From Macrostomum lignano (Eukaryota), in the NCBI GenBank assembly GCA_002269645.1, contig NIVC01002129.1, forward strand, positions 62,001 to 126,000: a stretch of DNA of 64,000 nucleotides. Reading direction: 5' to 3'. Made by a program: the position numbers and the translations under genes. The notes below the pieces were generated by a model that was not told the DNA's origin, ran no database searches, and saw nothing but the letters and a program-made list of their open reading frames with translations. Below are positions 26,097 to 38,379 of this stretch, piece after piece. Numbering within the stretch: position 1 is the stretch's first letter; the number at the start of each line of letters is the position of its first letter.

Positions 26097-27279
26097 TCAA
26101 TTAAACTCTATCCATCAACGAATCAGGAAAAATCTTTGACAAAAGCATTTTGCTCATCATACATCATGTAGGGACAGATAAGATGCAGTCTATGAATAAA
26201 TCGATAATAGACTGTCGTTAAATGTACTCGTACAAGCGTACATGCCATGAATATCAGTGTACGAGCTAATCTAATAGCCCGAAAAAGAAATGTGTTGCGC
26301 GAATCATATCCTACGTTTTGGAAAAAAATCACTCGGTGCTCAAACTAACGCTAAATCCAGTTTTTTTAAGTTTTTAGCCACGAGCATACGTTGAGCTGCC
26401 GGAACATTCCAGTACAAAAGAGAGAGATAATCTGCAGAAGACGTGGAGTTCGCGGGTCTACCAAATCATCAAATGTCCCGGCAATCCTTATCAGCTGGCT
26501 GCTTTCTCAGAATGTGAAAACGGAAAGCATCTCAATCAAAGCATTGGAAGAAGACTGACTCAGCGGATTGCCAGTTTTTGATTTATCGAATTAGATTGGT
26601 GAATAAAGCAACAGGCTTTTTTGATTGACAATAGTAGCTTTAATTTTAGTTCTTTTTGGAGTGTGTGAAACGCGAAGTTGTTATTGAAACACACAGTTAA
26701 TAAGCATGACGCAGATGTTTGCCACTGAAAAAGTAGCAAAAAGTGATTTTCTACTTTGCGAAAAGTGAGTTTCAGAGTTTCAGACTACTAGCAGTATTAT
26801 TGAATGATTTCTGCCTCAGTAACAGCACTGCTGAACAAAATGAGCAAAAGTGTGCGCCTAATCCAGCTACTGAAACGGGGGACAGATAGGGAATCACCCA
26901 ATCAAGCAAGTCTAGGTAGCCTCTCACCCAACCAATCAGAAACTCAACAGCCGGAGACCAGGTAATCCACAGTGACCGAATCGGCTTGATGCTCTGTAGC
27001 TGTAGACCCGGGATGATGCTGATGTCACAACCTTTGCAGATAGCTAACAGTGATGCTCTCAACTTTGATGTTCACTGCTGATGACCGGGGGAATTCGTCC
27101 TTGATGATGATGGGGGAGTCGCAATCCGGGGATCAAGAAACGACGGTCGGGCCAGAGAAAGAGCAAGTTCCTGGCCGGTCTCCAGAAAGGGTTGCAGGGG
27201 TTGAACCGGTTGAAGCCCGAGCGGGCCAAAAACACCGGTTTAAATAGCCGCCAACTGGACCGCAGCTTGTTATCACAGA

Positions 27280-27965
27280 GATGGGCAAGAGAGATCATAG
27301 AGAGGGGCAAGAGAGATCGTAGAGAGGGCAAGAGAGATCATAGAGAGGGGCAAGAGAGATCGTAGAGAGGGCAAGAGAGATCATAGAGAGGGCAAGGGAG
27401 ATCGTAGAGAGGGCAAGAGAGATCATAGAGAGGGCAAGAGAGATCATAGAGAAGGAAAGGAATCATAGAGAGGGGCAAGAGAGATCATAGAGATGGGCAA
27501 GAGAGATCATAGAGATGGGCAAGAGAGATCATAGAGATGGGCAAGAGAGATCATAGAGATGGGCAAGAGAGATCATAGAGATGGGCAAGAGAGATCATAG
27601 AGAGGGGCAAGAGAGATCGTAGAGAGGGCAAGAGAGATCATAGAGAGGGCAAGGGAGATCGTAGAGAGGGCAAGAGAGATCATAGAGAGGGCAAGAGAGA
27701 TCATAGAGAGGGCAAGAGAGATCGTAGAGAGGGCAAGAGAGATCATAGAGAGGGCAAGAGAGATCATAGAGAGGGGCAAAAGAGATCGTAGAGAGGGCAA
27801 GAGAGATCATAGAAAGGGGCAAGAGAGATCGTAGAGAGGGCAAAAGAGATCATAGAGAGGGGCAAGAAAGATCATAGAGAAGTAGAGATCATAGAGGGTA
27901 AGATAGATCATAGAGAAGGAAAGAGATCATAGAGAGGAGATCATAGAGAGAAAGAGAGACCATAG
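27280..27965. repeat. 21-bp purine-rich minisatellite
   Basis: unit GAGAGATCATAGAGAGGGCAA. Confidence 0.96.
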
Positions 27966-30293
27966 AGCACGCAGAAAACTGAAATAGCGTAAGACAAGAG
28001 AATTCTATTAATTTTTTTAAAATTCTTTTAGAATCTGTATTCCATAATCCATAGCATATTCTAGAATCTAAATTTTTAAGGCAGTAATTACATATCAATA
28101 AACAGGTCTGTATTTAACCAATGAGTCATGGGCAATGGCGTATATTAAATTATTGTTTTACTTGTATTATACCCGGTATTATAAAGTTTTACTAAAGAGA
28201 GCTGTAGCTAGCTAAGGCTAACAATTACTCTGTCTCTAACTCTAACGTGGCAACTAGCAAGTATCCCTTGTAAGTTGTAAAGCCCCTTTAAAGCGGCTTT
28301 GAGTCAGAATTAAATACCAATTCATGCAAGAGAGAACGTGTGTTTTTTGTCGCAGTTCAGGTTTGGCTTGTACAGCCAGAACTCCCTCGATCTCTTTATC
28401 TCTCTCCCTCACCCTCTGTGTAGCGTACTTTCTTCCCAGTGTAGACTGCGTCCCAGCGTTTATAATATAATATAGTTTCCATATATGGTGGTGGGGTTAA
28501 TGTACAGTCTGCGCCTCTCCTCTCCCCTCGGGCTTGGACTCTTGGGGGGTTTGCTAAGGCTAGCTGTGTCTGTGTGTGTGTGTGACTGTGGGTTAACCAT
28601 ACGCTACACGACCTTTTTACAACTAATGCAAGATACTGAAATGAAGTCTCCATCTTCAGTCAGTCCCTCACTCCCTCACACTCAATCTTACTTTGGCGCC
28701 ACGATTCTCATTTTGTATCTATGGTTCCCATTTTTGGCGTCATTAATTATTCTCATGATTCTCAATTCCTCGCAGCAAGTTTTACGAGTAGTTGCTTCTC
28801 ACCCAGAAAGCCAGTTGCAAATTGCAATCATTAATGTGGTTGTTGTGGCTGACAGTGGCTCAGTGAACCTCTTTTTAGATTGGTCTCGGTAGAGTTCTTG
28901 GTTTTGAATTTGGATTTGGACAGATTAATTAGCATGCTAGCTTAGCTCGTAGCAGAGCAGACGTATCCCGAACCTGAACATGGGGATCTTATGCCATAGA
29001 ACTCCGAGCCCACGAAATAACTACATTTATCAGGGTCCAGTGACCAAGTCATCCCAGATTCCCATGCAGAAGGCCAATTTTAACGCCGCATATTTTGTGT
29101 GCTTTTCTTGCCATAAGGTCCCCTAGAGTCCTAGACGAACTGAAAAAATATGGGGCTGAGTCATGTGCACAATGCACACATGTGAAACGTGACTAAAATA
29201 TCAACCCCCCTCCCCTACCAAGTTCTTCCGACAAGATCACGGGGGTTGAGGACGAGACTGTTTGGCCTTGAAACAAGAAAAAGCCTTCCAGCCCCAGGTT
29301 AGATATTCTAGAATTCTATTGATCATTCATTCTCATACGCTCGCATCGGGAAGGAAGGACGTCTATTATAATTCAGAGCAAACACAGACAGACTGCCATA
29401 ACAGCCAACTAAGCCCTCCTCTTATTTCCCTCTTCGCCTCTCTCCCTCTCCGCCAATCCGAGTTGCCCACACCCTTCACGGAGTCCAGCCACCTCTCCCG
29501 TGCATGCACAAGCGCCTTTCTATAAACTATCTACACTACATCCACACTTACTTTTGTCACTGTCTTCTCCCTCTCCCTCGCTACTGCTTTCCAGACGTTT
29601 GGAATTAGAATGGAAAGTTCTATGAATTCTACAGTTCTGCATTGGTGAGTTTAAAAGCACAGCTTGTTATTGAATTAATGCCTCGGCATTAAAATCACCT
29701 AGACCTAGCGCTATAAATTAAAAGCATCAATTTAATTAGAATTATGGACCAATTTTAATGTCTTTATTTTCATTGGTTTTATCCATGATAATTTTAGTCT
29801 TAAGAGTAAGAATGTTCTTTCAGTACTACGCCTTTTCACGTTCAATTTTGCTACCTCGCCTTTTTCTAATTTGAAATGGGACTTTGGCTTAGCTTTCTTT
29901 TGGCTGCTGCACTTTTGTTTTATCACCTTTTGAATTGCTTTTTTCTAGTCCTATTATTTCATTGCATTGGCTTAGCCTCTTTTTGCCTAGCATTCTCTTG
30001 GCTTTAGTTTAGGGGTTGCAAATACAGCTAGCACTGGGTATGGGGGTAAGGGTTTATAAATGTTATAATTGCCAAAGATCAGCAGGTGGGAATATTAGAG
30101 TTGCATCTAGCTAGTTGACTGCATTAAGCTATTGGTATCATTCCTATCAAACTTTCATAGCATTCTCATGCAGAAAAGTTAAGCTGATGGTGCAATACCT
30201 TAATCTTGGCAGATCTATTAATAGGTTGTAAATGTTTTGCGAGATTGCACTATATTATTACATCACCCGAATTTTTTCTAGCTTGACTAGTAA

Positions 30294-30886
30294 GGCAGTG
30301 CTTATCCCCACAGTACTGTAGGAATAATTTCTGTCTTATTCCAATGGTACCGTGGGGATAATTTTCTGCTTATCCGCATGGCACACTGACGAGATAGCTG
30401 CCCCATCTTCTACATATGCCGTGGGTTCATAATTTAGTTTAGTACTTACAGTTTGAGTGCAGTATAACAACATAACTTTGCTTGGCCATTATTTTTTTAG
30501 AAGTAAAGATTTAATGGCCTTTTTACACAAAAAAACACTTTTTTGTATTTATGACATATGATTTAAGATGAATTGCTCTAGTAATTGTTTACAATTTAAG
30601 AACTTTTAGCAACTAGTCTAATCCCGACATCCCCGAAAAGTCCATTGCCGCTGCTTCTGTAGACTTCTTACTAGACATGTAAATTCTCAATTTGTTTGTA
30701 CAGATTATTGCATTGCTTCAACAATTCACCCGTGCGGATACACAGAAAATTATTCCCACGGCATATGTAGAAGATGGGGTAGCTATCTCGTCAATGTGCC
30801 ATGCGGATAAGCAGAAAATTATCTCCACGGTACTGTTGGAATAAGACAGAAATTATTCCTACGGTACCATGGGGATAAGCACTGCC
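30294..30886. mobile_element. MULE/Mutator-like MITE
   Basis: about 130-bp TIRs starting GGCAGTGCTTATCCCC and ending GGGGATAAGCACTGCC; 9-bp flanks GACTAGTAA (30285-30293) and AACTAGTAA (30887-30895). Confidence 0.85.
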
Positions 30887-31569
30887 AACTAGTAAAATGT
30901 GTGGCAGTCTTAGACATGTACCTACTTATACAGTCATATATATAGTCTATTTCTTTGAGTAAAATTAAGGTTATTAGCCTAAGCCTTTTGACAAATATAT
31001 AACTTTATAAAAAATATCATGCAATCAAACTTGTAAGTTGTATGCAACACTTGGCAGAAAAAGTTCACCAGTAAAAGCCATCTCAAAGCTCAGTGTAGTG
31101 CACAGGAAAAAAGGTGCAAGCATTGTAAAAAAGTACTTCTTAGTGGCATCTCAGCTTTATGTGCATACCTAGTCTCAGATGAGTGCAAGGTATATGGCAA
31201 GAGGTTTAGTTACAATAGCAACCTTGCTCAAGACTTTAGACTAAGACTACATCTAGCTAAAATGCCATTTTAATGCCATTTTAAATGCATAATGTGCAGC
31301 AAAAGATTCAGTGACACTTGACAGAAATTATTTTAGTACGTATATACTTCAATCTGCATATAATAGAAAAGCTATTAAAGTGCAAGCTATGTAGCATATT
31401 AGTAGTCAATAGATTTATAGGGGTAGGCAATATACTCTCCTTTGTTGGTACATTCATTCAATCACTCTCTCATTCACTTTGCTTACTTGTTTGTTCATTC
31501 ATTTATTTGATATGCACCCCTATAAATCTAGGCAATCCTACAGTTTTCTGCTTATAATTATTTTTCAAA

Positions 31570-31903
31570 AAATTGCAGCACAGCAAGAATAAGAAATGAC
31601 AATAAACTTATATAATAGTCACTCATGATAGTCACAACAGTTAACAGATAATAATGGCATATCCAATACATGTTCCCGAATTGACACTCTTGGAACAGCC
31701 GGCACCATAAAAACTCTTGTGGGTACATCTCGAACAGGCCATCCGCAGTACCATGCATCGCCTAGTACTTAGCCTTGCAGTTAGCCCATGCACCCTCAGT
31801 GGTGTTTGTATGGATGGTAGGATCATTGGGGTCAACAAACCAGATAGAGTGATTAATGGTCATATGGATAATCAAGGAACAATCACTTCTAGCTCTTTAG
31901 CTA
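31570..31903 (-). mobile_element. duplicate of the Merlin/ISXO2 transposase 3' end plus a short piece of solo LTR1
   Basis: homologous to 39930-40297; encodes degraded NHSIWFVDPNDPTIHTNTTEG...QEFLW. Confidence 0.85.
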
Positions 31904-31914
31904 AGCAACTCAAA

Positions 31915-32256
31915 TTGAGTAGGCCACCCAAGCGAGTCCACAGCAACGCCTCAGGTCATCAAAGGCGTCGGGTACCAAGCCGCCGGGGTACACGAACTGC
32001 TGAATGCGCGGCAGCAGCATTGCCTGCCCATCAGCGCCTTGGCAGTAGATGTTGGCTTGGATGTTGGTGGGCATAGTGAGCACGATGATCTTTTGCATGT
32101 TGATCACCAGGCCGTCGCTCGCAGCAATGCCAACCAGACAGTCTAGCTGACATTGGGCGCCCTCGACAGTTGAGGACAGCAGGGCGAGATCATCGGCGCC
32201 CAGGATGCTAAGGCGACGCTTTGGCTGGCGGCGGCCCACTCGGCGTTGCAGCAGGA
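31915..32256 (-). mobile_element. non-LTR retrotransposon RT fragment, copy 1
   Basis: LSILGADDLALLSSTVEGAQCQLDCL...GLVINMQK...FVYPGG; same left (5') boundary as the copy at 38380-39022. Confidence 0.85.
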
Positions 32257-32309
32257 AAAATTAAATTAAATTAAATTATTAAATTAAATTAATAAATTAT
32301 TATTTAATT

Positions 32310-32560
32310 ATTTCAATTATTAATTCCGACCCGAGGGTTCATATCTGATTGTAGGGAAAGTTTGTCTGTCTGTCTGTCTGTCTGCCTGTCTAAATAATTA
32401 ATTTCAAATGTCTTAAACAGTAAAATTTTTATTCATTCTAATATACTAAAAATGGTCTGTTGGTATGTGTGTGATCGATTTTAGCAAAAACGGCTCAACC
32501 GATTTTATTCGAACTTGCACCATTCGATCAGAAATTTTTCCGTGACGGTACATGCATCGT
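32310..32560 (+). mobile_element. Helitron/Helentron-type non-autonomous fragment (DINE-1/Lep1-like architecture)
   Basis: (GTCT)n microsatellite followed by AAACGGCTCAACCGATTTT core; a 22-bp block is shared in inverted orientation with 37035-37056. Confidence 0.55.
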
Positions 32561-32970
32561 GGCTAAGAAATTGCTCGATGCTAAAGGGATTAAATATTCG
32601 AAAAACATGCTTTTTTGCAAAGGTCAAGCAGCTATTTCGACTTGAAACGCACTGTAAAAATGCTAGAGAAAAAACTGACTGGTTGAATTCTGATTCGGAA
32701 ATAGATTGCATCACAATACACTTTATTTATCGTCTGTGTACTGGCTGAATTTGACACTCAATTGAATTGCGTCACAGCTTTGAGTGTGAAAGTATAGTGC
32801 AGTACTGAATTTATATTACGTAACCATATTGTTAGCTTTCATAGACACTGGTACTGACTTGCCTAAGAAATTGATTATGTCATAACTGCTTCGCGTGACT
32901 TTTTACTCTACCTGACTTGGTGTGAGTGTTGAATTATATAAGTGGTACAAATTCACTGATAACTTCGATG

Positions 32971-33097
32971 AGAGCCAGCCTAGAGCTGAGCAGACCAGAC
33001 TACTAATGCAGCGACCTGGGTTCGAATCTAAGTAGTTTAAAAGTAGTAGTGTAAAATTTTTTATTAAAAGCTTTTATTAAAGGACTAAATAAAAACA
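32971..33097 (+). mobile_element. tRNA-derived SINE-like head, copy 1
   Basis: A-box-like CAGCCTAGAGCTGAG, B-box GGTTCGAATC 33019-33028, A/T-rich tail. Confidence 0.5.
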
Positions 33098-33099
33098 CT

Positions 33100-34090
33100 T
33101 AGATTACTGCACTCGATAAGCTAAGGATTATTGCTCTTGGCAAACCAAGGAATACTGCACTCGATAAGCCAAGGATTATTGCTATTAATAAACCAAGGAT
33201 TACTGCACTCAATAAACCAAGGACTATTGCTATTAATAAACCAAGGATTACTGCACTCAATAAACCAAGGACTATTGCTCTTGGCAAACCAAGGATTACT
33301 GCACTCGATAAGCCATGGATTATTGCTATTAATAAACCAAGGATTACTGCACTCGATAAGCCAAGGATTATTGCTATTAATAAACCAAGGATTACTGCAC
33401 TCGATAAACCAAGGATTATTGCTATTAATAAACCAAGGATTATGCACTTGGCAAACCAAGGATTACTGCACTCGATAAGCCAAGGATTATTGCTATTAAT
33501 AAACCAAGGATTACTGCACTCAATAAACCAAGGACTATTGCTATTAATAAACCAAGGATTACTGCACTCGATAAGCCAAGGATTATTGCTATTAATAAAC
33601 CAAGGATTACTGCACTCGATAAGCCAAGGATTATTGCTATTAATAAACCAAGGATTACTGCACTCGATAAGCCAAGGATTATTGCTATTAATAAACCAAG
33701 GATTACTGCACTCGATAAGGCATGGATTATTGCTATTAATAAACCAAGGATTACTGCACTCGATAAGCCAAGGATTATTGCTATTAATAAACCAAGGATT
33801 ACTGCACTCGATAAGCCAAGGATTATTGCTATTAATAAACCATGAATTACTGCACTCGATAAGCCAAGGATTATTGCTATTAATAAACCAAGGATTACTG
33901 CACTCGATAAGCCAAGGATTATTGCTATTAATAAACCAAGGATTACTGCACTCATAAGCCATGGATTATTGCTATTAATAAACCAAGGATTACTTACTGC
34001 ACTTGGCAAACCAAGAATTACTGCACTCGATAAGCCATGGATTATTGCTATTAATAAACCAAGGATTACTGCACTCGATAGCCAAGGATT
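33100..34090. repeat. 48-bp (24+24 dimer) minisatellite
   Basis: unit AAACCAAGGATTACTGCACTCGATAAGCCAAGGATTATTGCTATTAAT. Confidence 0.97.
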
Positions 34091-34134
34091 ACTGCGCTTG
34101 ATAAGCTTGGCTACATGTATAGGATTATTTCTAT

Positions 34135-34350
34135 CCAGGGATGCTTGCTATTTAGGGATTCTTGCTATGTGCAGGATGCTTGCTATCTGGAAGGATGCTT
34201 CTACATTATTTGGGGTATGCTTGCTATCTGCAAGATGCTTGCTATCTGCAAGATGCTTGCTATCTGCAGATGCTTGCTATCTGCAGATGCTTGCTATCTG
34301 GGTGGATGCTTGCTAGGAGTATTAGGGGATGCTTGCTACTGGGGGGATGC
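34135..34350. repeat. about 18-bp diverged tandem repeat
   Basis: GATGCTTGCTATCTGCAA motifs. Confidence 0.85.
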
Positions 34351-34400
34351 TTGCTGTCTTGGGAATATTTTCTATTTAGGGGTAATGACAAAAATTCATG

Positions 34401-34514
34401 AGAGCTAGCCTAGAGGTAAACAGACTAAACTGCTAAATGCAGGGACGATGGTTCGAATTTTTAGAGAGTAGAGTTTTTTTAATTAAAGCTTTTTAACGCC
34501 AAGACAAAAAAAAT
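34401..34514 (+). mobile_element. tRNA-derived SINE-like head, copy 2
   Basis: AGAGCTAGCCTAGAGGTAAACAGACT...GGTTCGAAT (34450-34458), homologous to 32971-33097. Confidence 0.5.
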
Positions 34515-35770
34515 TATGGAAGCGTCATGTAAACAATCATACAAGCGTCATGTAAACAATCATAGAAGCGTCATGTAAAAATCATAGAAGCGTCATGTAA
34601 ACAATCATAGAAGCGTCATGTTAAAATCATAAAAGCGTCATGTAAACAATCATACAAGCGTCATGTAAAAAAATCATAGAAGCGTCATGTTAAAATCATA
34701 AAAGCGTCATAAAAAAATCATAGAAGCGTCATGCAAACAATCATAGAAGCGTCATGTTAAAATCATACAAGCGTCATAAAAAATCATAGAAGCGTCATGT
34801 AAACAATCATACAAGCGTCATGTAAACAATCATAGAAGCGTCATATAAACAATCATACAAGCGTCATGTAAACAATCATAGAAGCGTCATGTAAAAAATC
34901 ATAGAAGCGTCATGTAAACAATCATAAAAGCGTCATGTAAACAATCATAGAAGCGTCATGTAAACAATCATAGAAGCGTCATGTAAACAATCATAGAAGC
35001 GTCATGTAAACAATCATAGAAGCGTCATGTAAACAATCATAGAAGCGTCATGTAAACAATCATAGAAGCGTCATGAAAAAATCATAGAAGCGTCATGTAA
35101 AAATCATAGAAGCGTCATGTAAAAATCATAGAAGCGTCATGTAAACAATCATAGAAGCGTCATGTTAAAATCATAGAAGCGTCATGCAAACAATCATACA
35201 AGCGTCATGTAAACAATCATACAAGCGTCATGTAAACAATCATAGAAGCGTCATGTAAAAAATCATAGAAGCGTCATGTTAAAATCATAAAAGCGTCTTA
35301 AAAATCATAGAAGCGTCATGTAAACAATCATAGAAGCGTCATGTAAACAATCATAGAAGCGTCATGTAAACAATCATAGAAGCGTCATATAAAAATCATA
35401 GAAGCGACATGAAAAAATCATAGAAGCGTCATGCAAACAATCATAGAAGCGTCATGAAAAAATCATAGAAGCGTCATGCAAAAATCATAGAAGCGTCATG
35501 TAAAAAATCATAGAAGCGTCATGTAAACAATCATACAAGCGTCATGTAAACAATCATAGAAGCGTCATGTAAACAATCATAAAAGCGTCATGTAAACAAT
35601 CATAAAAGCGTCATGTAAACAAGCATAGAAGCGTCATGTTAACATAGAAGCGTCATGAAAAAATCATAGAAGCCTCATATAAAAACTAATGAAAGTGTGT
35701 CATTTAAAAAATTAAGAAGCATCATGGAAGAATAAAAGAAGCGTAACGTAAAAATCAAAAGAAGCGTCAT
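34515..35770. repeat. 23-bp minisatellite
   Basis: unit AATCATAGAAGCGTCATGTAAAC. Confidence 0.97.
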
Positions 35771-35814
35771 GTCAGACATGTCAGTCATAAAAATTAAATG
35801 AAGCTATAGTGCTG

Positions 35815-36780
35815 TGCTGGGGAGAATCACTGAGACTTCAAGGCTCACAGAGAATAACTGAGATTACAGGGGGGTTTCTGAGATGTTAAAGCAAAAGTCA
35901 GAAGCTACTTCAAAGTACATGTACTTTACTTAAGTTCTTTTATTGCATTCTTTGTTGGCTTGCCACGGTGGGGGGGGGCGCTGATAGAAGAAGAGTCATG
36001 TAAAAATAAAAGGAGCACTATGTATACATAAAATAAAAGTCATGTCAAAGTTAAAAGATTTATTTGGGAATTGCTACGATGTCAAAGCTTGGAGGGAATC
36101 GTTATAGTGCTGTGATTCTTAAAGAAGGAATCACTTAAATGCCAAGGCTTAGGGAAGAAGAATTGCTGTGATTTCAAGGCTTTAGGTTGGGTAAAAGTTA
36201 GGTTTACGTCAGGTTTGGGTTGAGGGTTAGATTTTAGCGCGTTTCAAGGTTAACAGGGGATTTTTTAGATTTCAAGGTTTATGGGGGGCATCGCCGACAT
36301 GTCAAGGCTTACGAGGGGAATCTATCTATCTATCTATCTATAGCTGAGATGTCAAGGCTCACGGGGGAATAAATGAGATGTCAAGGCTAATGTCAGAAGC
36401 TACATGTAGTTTATTGGAAAAAAGTTATTACATTATTTGTTGGCTCCTCACGGGAGGGATCGCTGATAGAAAAAGCGTAATGTAAAAAAAAAGAAGCTTC
36501 ATGTCGAAGTTAAGAGATTCATTTGGGAATCCCTACGATGTCGAGGCTTGCAGGGAATCGCTTTAATGCTGTAGTAGTGCTATAGACTCTTAGAGAGAAT
36601 TACTGAGATTTCAATGCTTTAGGGTTAGGGTTAGGGTTAGGGTTAGGGTTAGGGTTAGGGTTAGAAAGTAGACAGATTTTTTAAGATTTCAAGGCTTATG
36701 GGAGCATCGCTGAGATGTCAAGGGGGGAGTTGATATGTTAAGGCTTGTGGGGGGGGATTGCTGACATGTCAAGGCTTACA
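35815..36780. repeat. diverged tandem duplication of a roughly 0.5-kb unit
   Basis: co-linear blocks (GTCAGAAGCTAC, TTTGTTGGCT, GCTGATAGAA, ATTTGGGAAT, CTACGATGTC, GATTTCAAGG) in both halves. Confidence 0.75.
36619..36664 (+). repeat. interstitial telomeric repeat (TTAGGG)7 TTAG
   Basis: perfect TTAGGG hexamers. Confidence 0.95.
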
Positions 36781-36984
36781 CGGGTACTGGTAGCGTACTG
36801 AAGCATACTGGTAGAAGTAGCTCTGAAAGAAGGCAAGTATGGTTGAATTTCAATGTCTGTTATAAAATTCTGCACAAACATGTTTTATTGGTACATAAGC
36901 CTGGAATTAAAATGAGAATTCGATTCCTAGCCCCCCTCCCTAAGAATTTTTTTTCATTTTAAAGGATTCGTCCCTTGCTTATTG

Positions 36985-37070
36985 GCCACCCCGAAGGGGG
37001 GCGCTAGATTGCTAGTCTATATCTATCTATATATACAAACTTTCCCTACAATCAGATTTGTAGCCCAGCC
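36985..37070. mobile_element. Helitron-like terminus
   Basis: GC hairpin GCCACCCCGAAGGGGGGC (36985-37002), CTAG at 37012-37015 followed by T; adjacent CAAACTTTCCCTACAATCAGAT block shared with the 32.35-kb element. Confidence 0.5.
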
Positions 37071-37084
37071 CTGCTCAAAGTTCT

Positions 37085-37341
37085 GCTCTTCTGCTCAAAG
37101 TAGCCGCAGCCGGCCGCTACGCAGTCGCCTCAGCCGGCGAGGCGGTGGCGGCGGGGGCGGATGCGGGTCCCCTTCTTGCTGGAAAGCAATGTCCATCTGG
37201 AAAAGAAATCAGACGTGTGAGTGGAAAAGGACCATTTCTTCGGGCCATCTTTAAAATATAATGAAAAATTGCGACCTTACAACATTATGCTAGTGTATGT
37301 CCCTAAACTATAGTGCACATGTTCCCCTCATACTACTTATA
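37085..37341. repeat. dispersed repeat unit, duplicated at about 39665-39860
   Basis: shared GTGGAAAA.GACCATTTCTT.GGGCCATCTT...CCTTACAACATTATGCTAGTG...CCCCTCATACTACTTA. Confidence 0.85.
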
Positions 37342-38062
37342 TAGTATTTGTCATGCTATCTCAGCCTAGAGACATCCAAACTCAGCCAGCCCATCTCGAC
37401 AGTGCGATTTTTTACGTAAGCCAGTCAAGTTTTACCATAGACATGCTTCTTGGGGCCATGCTATCTCAGCCTGGGACATGCAATCTCAGCCACTTTTCAG
37501 ATGCTATGTCAAGCTGTCTGTGGCTTAGTCTGTGATCGAAGCAAATCTCGATCAAGCTGCAGCTAGCTGACCCTGCACTGGTGGAGGAGGAGGCTGGTGG
37601 CCGACCCGATGGGGTCACCTGCGAAGCTTGGCGCCTCATTCTCTTGGAGCGAGTGGGCCGAGTCGCGCTAGATGCTGTGACGCCGCTAAAGGTGGCCAGA
37701 TGGGAGATTCACTGCAATCGGAACTTCACGCAGTGTATCGCAGAGCAGCCTTTCAGCTAGGCTGAGCACTGAGCGTCTTATTGACTTTGTCCGTTGTTGC
37801 GTACCCTTACTGACTTTTCTTGCTGCGTTCATTCATTGCTGTTTGTTGCCATTTCATGTCACGTTACAGAAATGATAGCATTGAGATCTGTTTGCAATTG
37901 AAATCTATATTGGCTGAGATTGCATGTCCCAGGCTGAGATAGCATGGCCTTAAGAAGCATGTCTATGGTAAAAGTCGACTAGCTCGAGCCAAAAAAACGC
38001 ATTGCGGAATGGGACTGGCTGAGTTTGGATGTCTCTGGGCTGAGATAGCATGACAAATACTA
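37342..38062. mobile_element. MITE with about 150-bp TIRs and a TA target duplication
   Basis: TAGTATTTGTCATGCTATCTCAGCC ... GGGCTGAGATAGCATGACAAATACTA; TA on both sides; empty paralogous site CTACTTATAGTATC at about 39851-39864. Confidence 0.9.
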
Positions 38063-38134
38063 TAGTATCGTACTAGAGAACCTACTATCTACTATCTATT
38101 AGTAGGATACTATCCTACTATCTACTATCTACTA

Positions 38135-38330
38135 TCTATGATTTATGACACTGAGAATAGATTTGAGACACTAAGAATAGATTTGGGATACTAAGAATAG
38201 ATTCAGGACACTGAGAATAGATTTAAGACACTAAGAATAGATTTGAGACACTGAGAATAGATTTGAGACACTGAGAAACGATTTATGACACTGAGAATAG
38301 ATTTCGGACACTGAGAATAGATTTGGGACA
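38135..38330. repeat. 20-bp minisatellite
   Basis: unit GACACTGAGAATAGATTTGA; a single to double copy also at about 39890-39930. Confidence 0.9.
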
Positions 38331-38379
38331 TATTGGCATTGTCATATTGGCATTGTTGAACACTAACTGTCAAGATGGC

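Noticed and set aside
26772-27331. Possible gene from overlapping ORFs near a TTTAAATA motif
   Set aside because: No recognisable domain or consistent splice structure; one ORF starts inside a minisatellite.
21223-34009. Periodic ORFs (AAGTHFS, ILAPQAL, MGNPILR, MILARLAIH, NPWFINSN etc.)
   Set aside because: Translations of minisatellites open in several frames and on both strands; no coding evidence.
36619-36664. True chromosome end
   Set aside because: Only 7 repeats, embedded with 27 kb of further sequence; interstitial.
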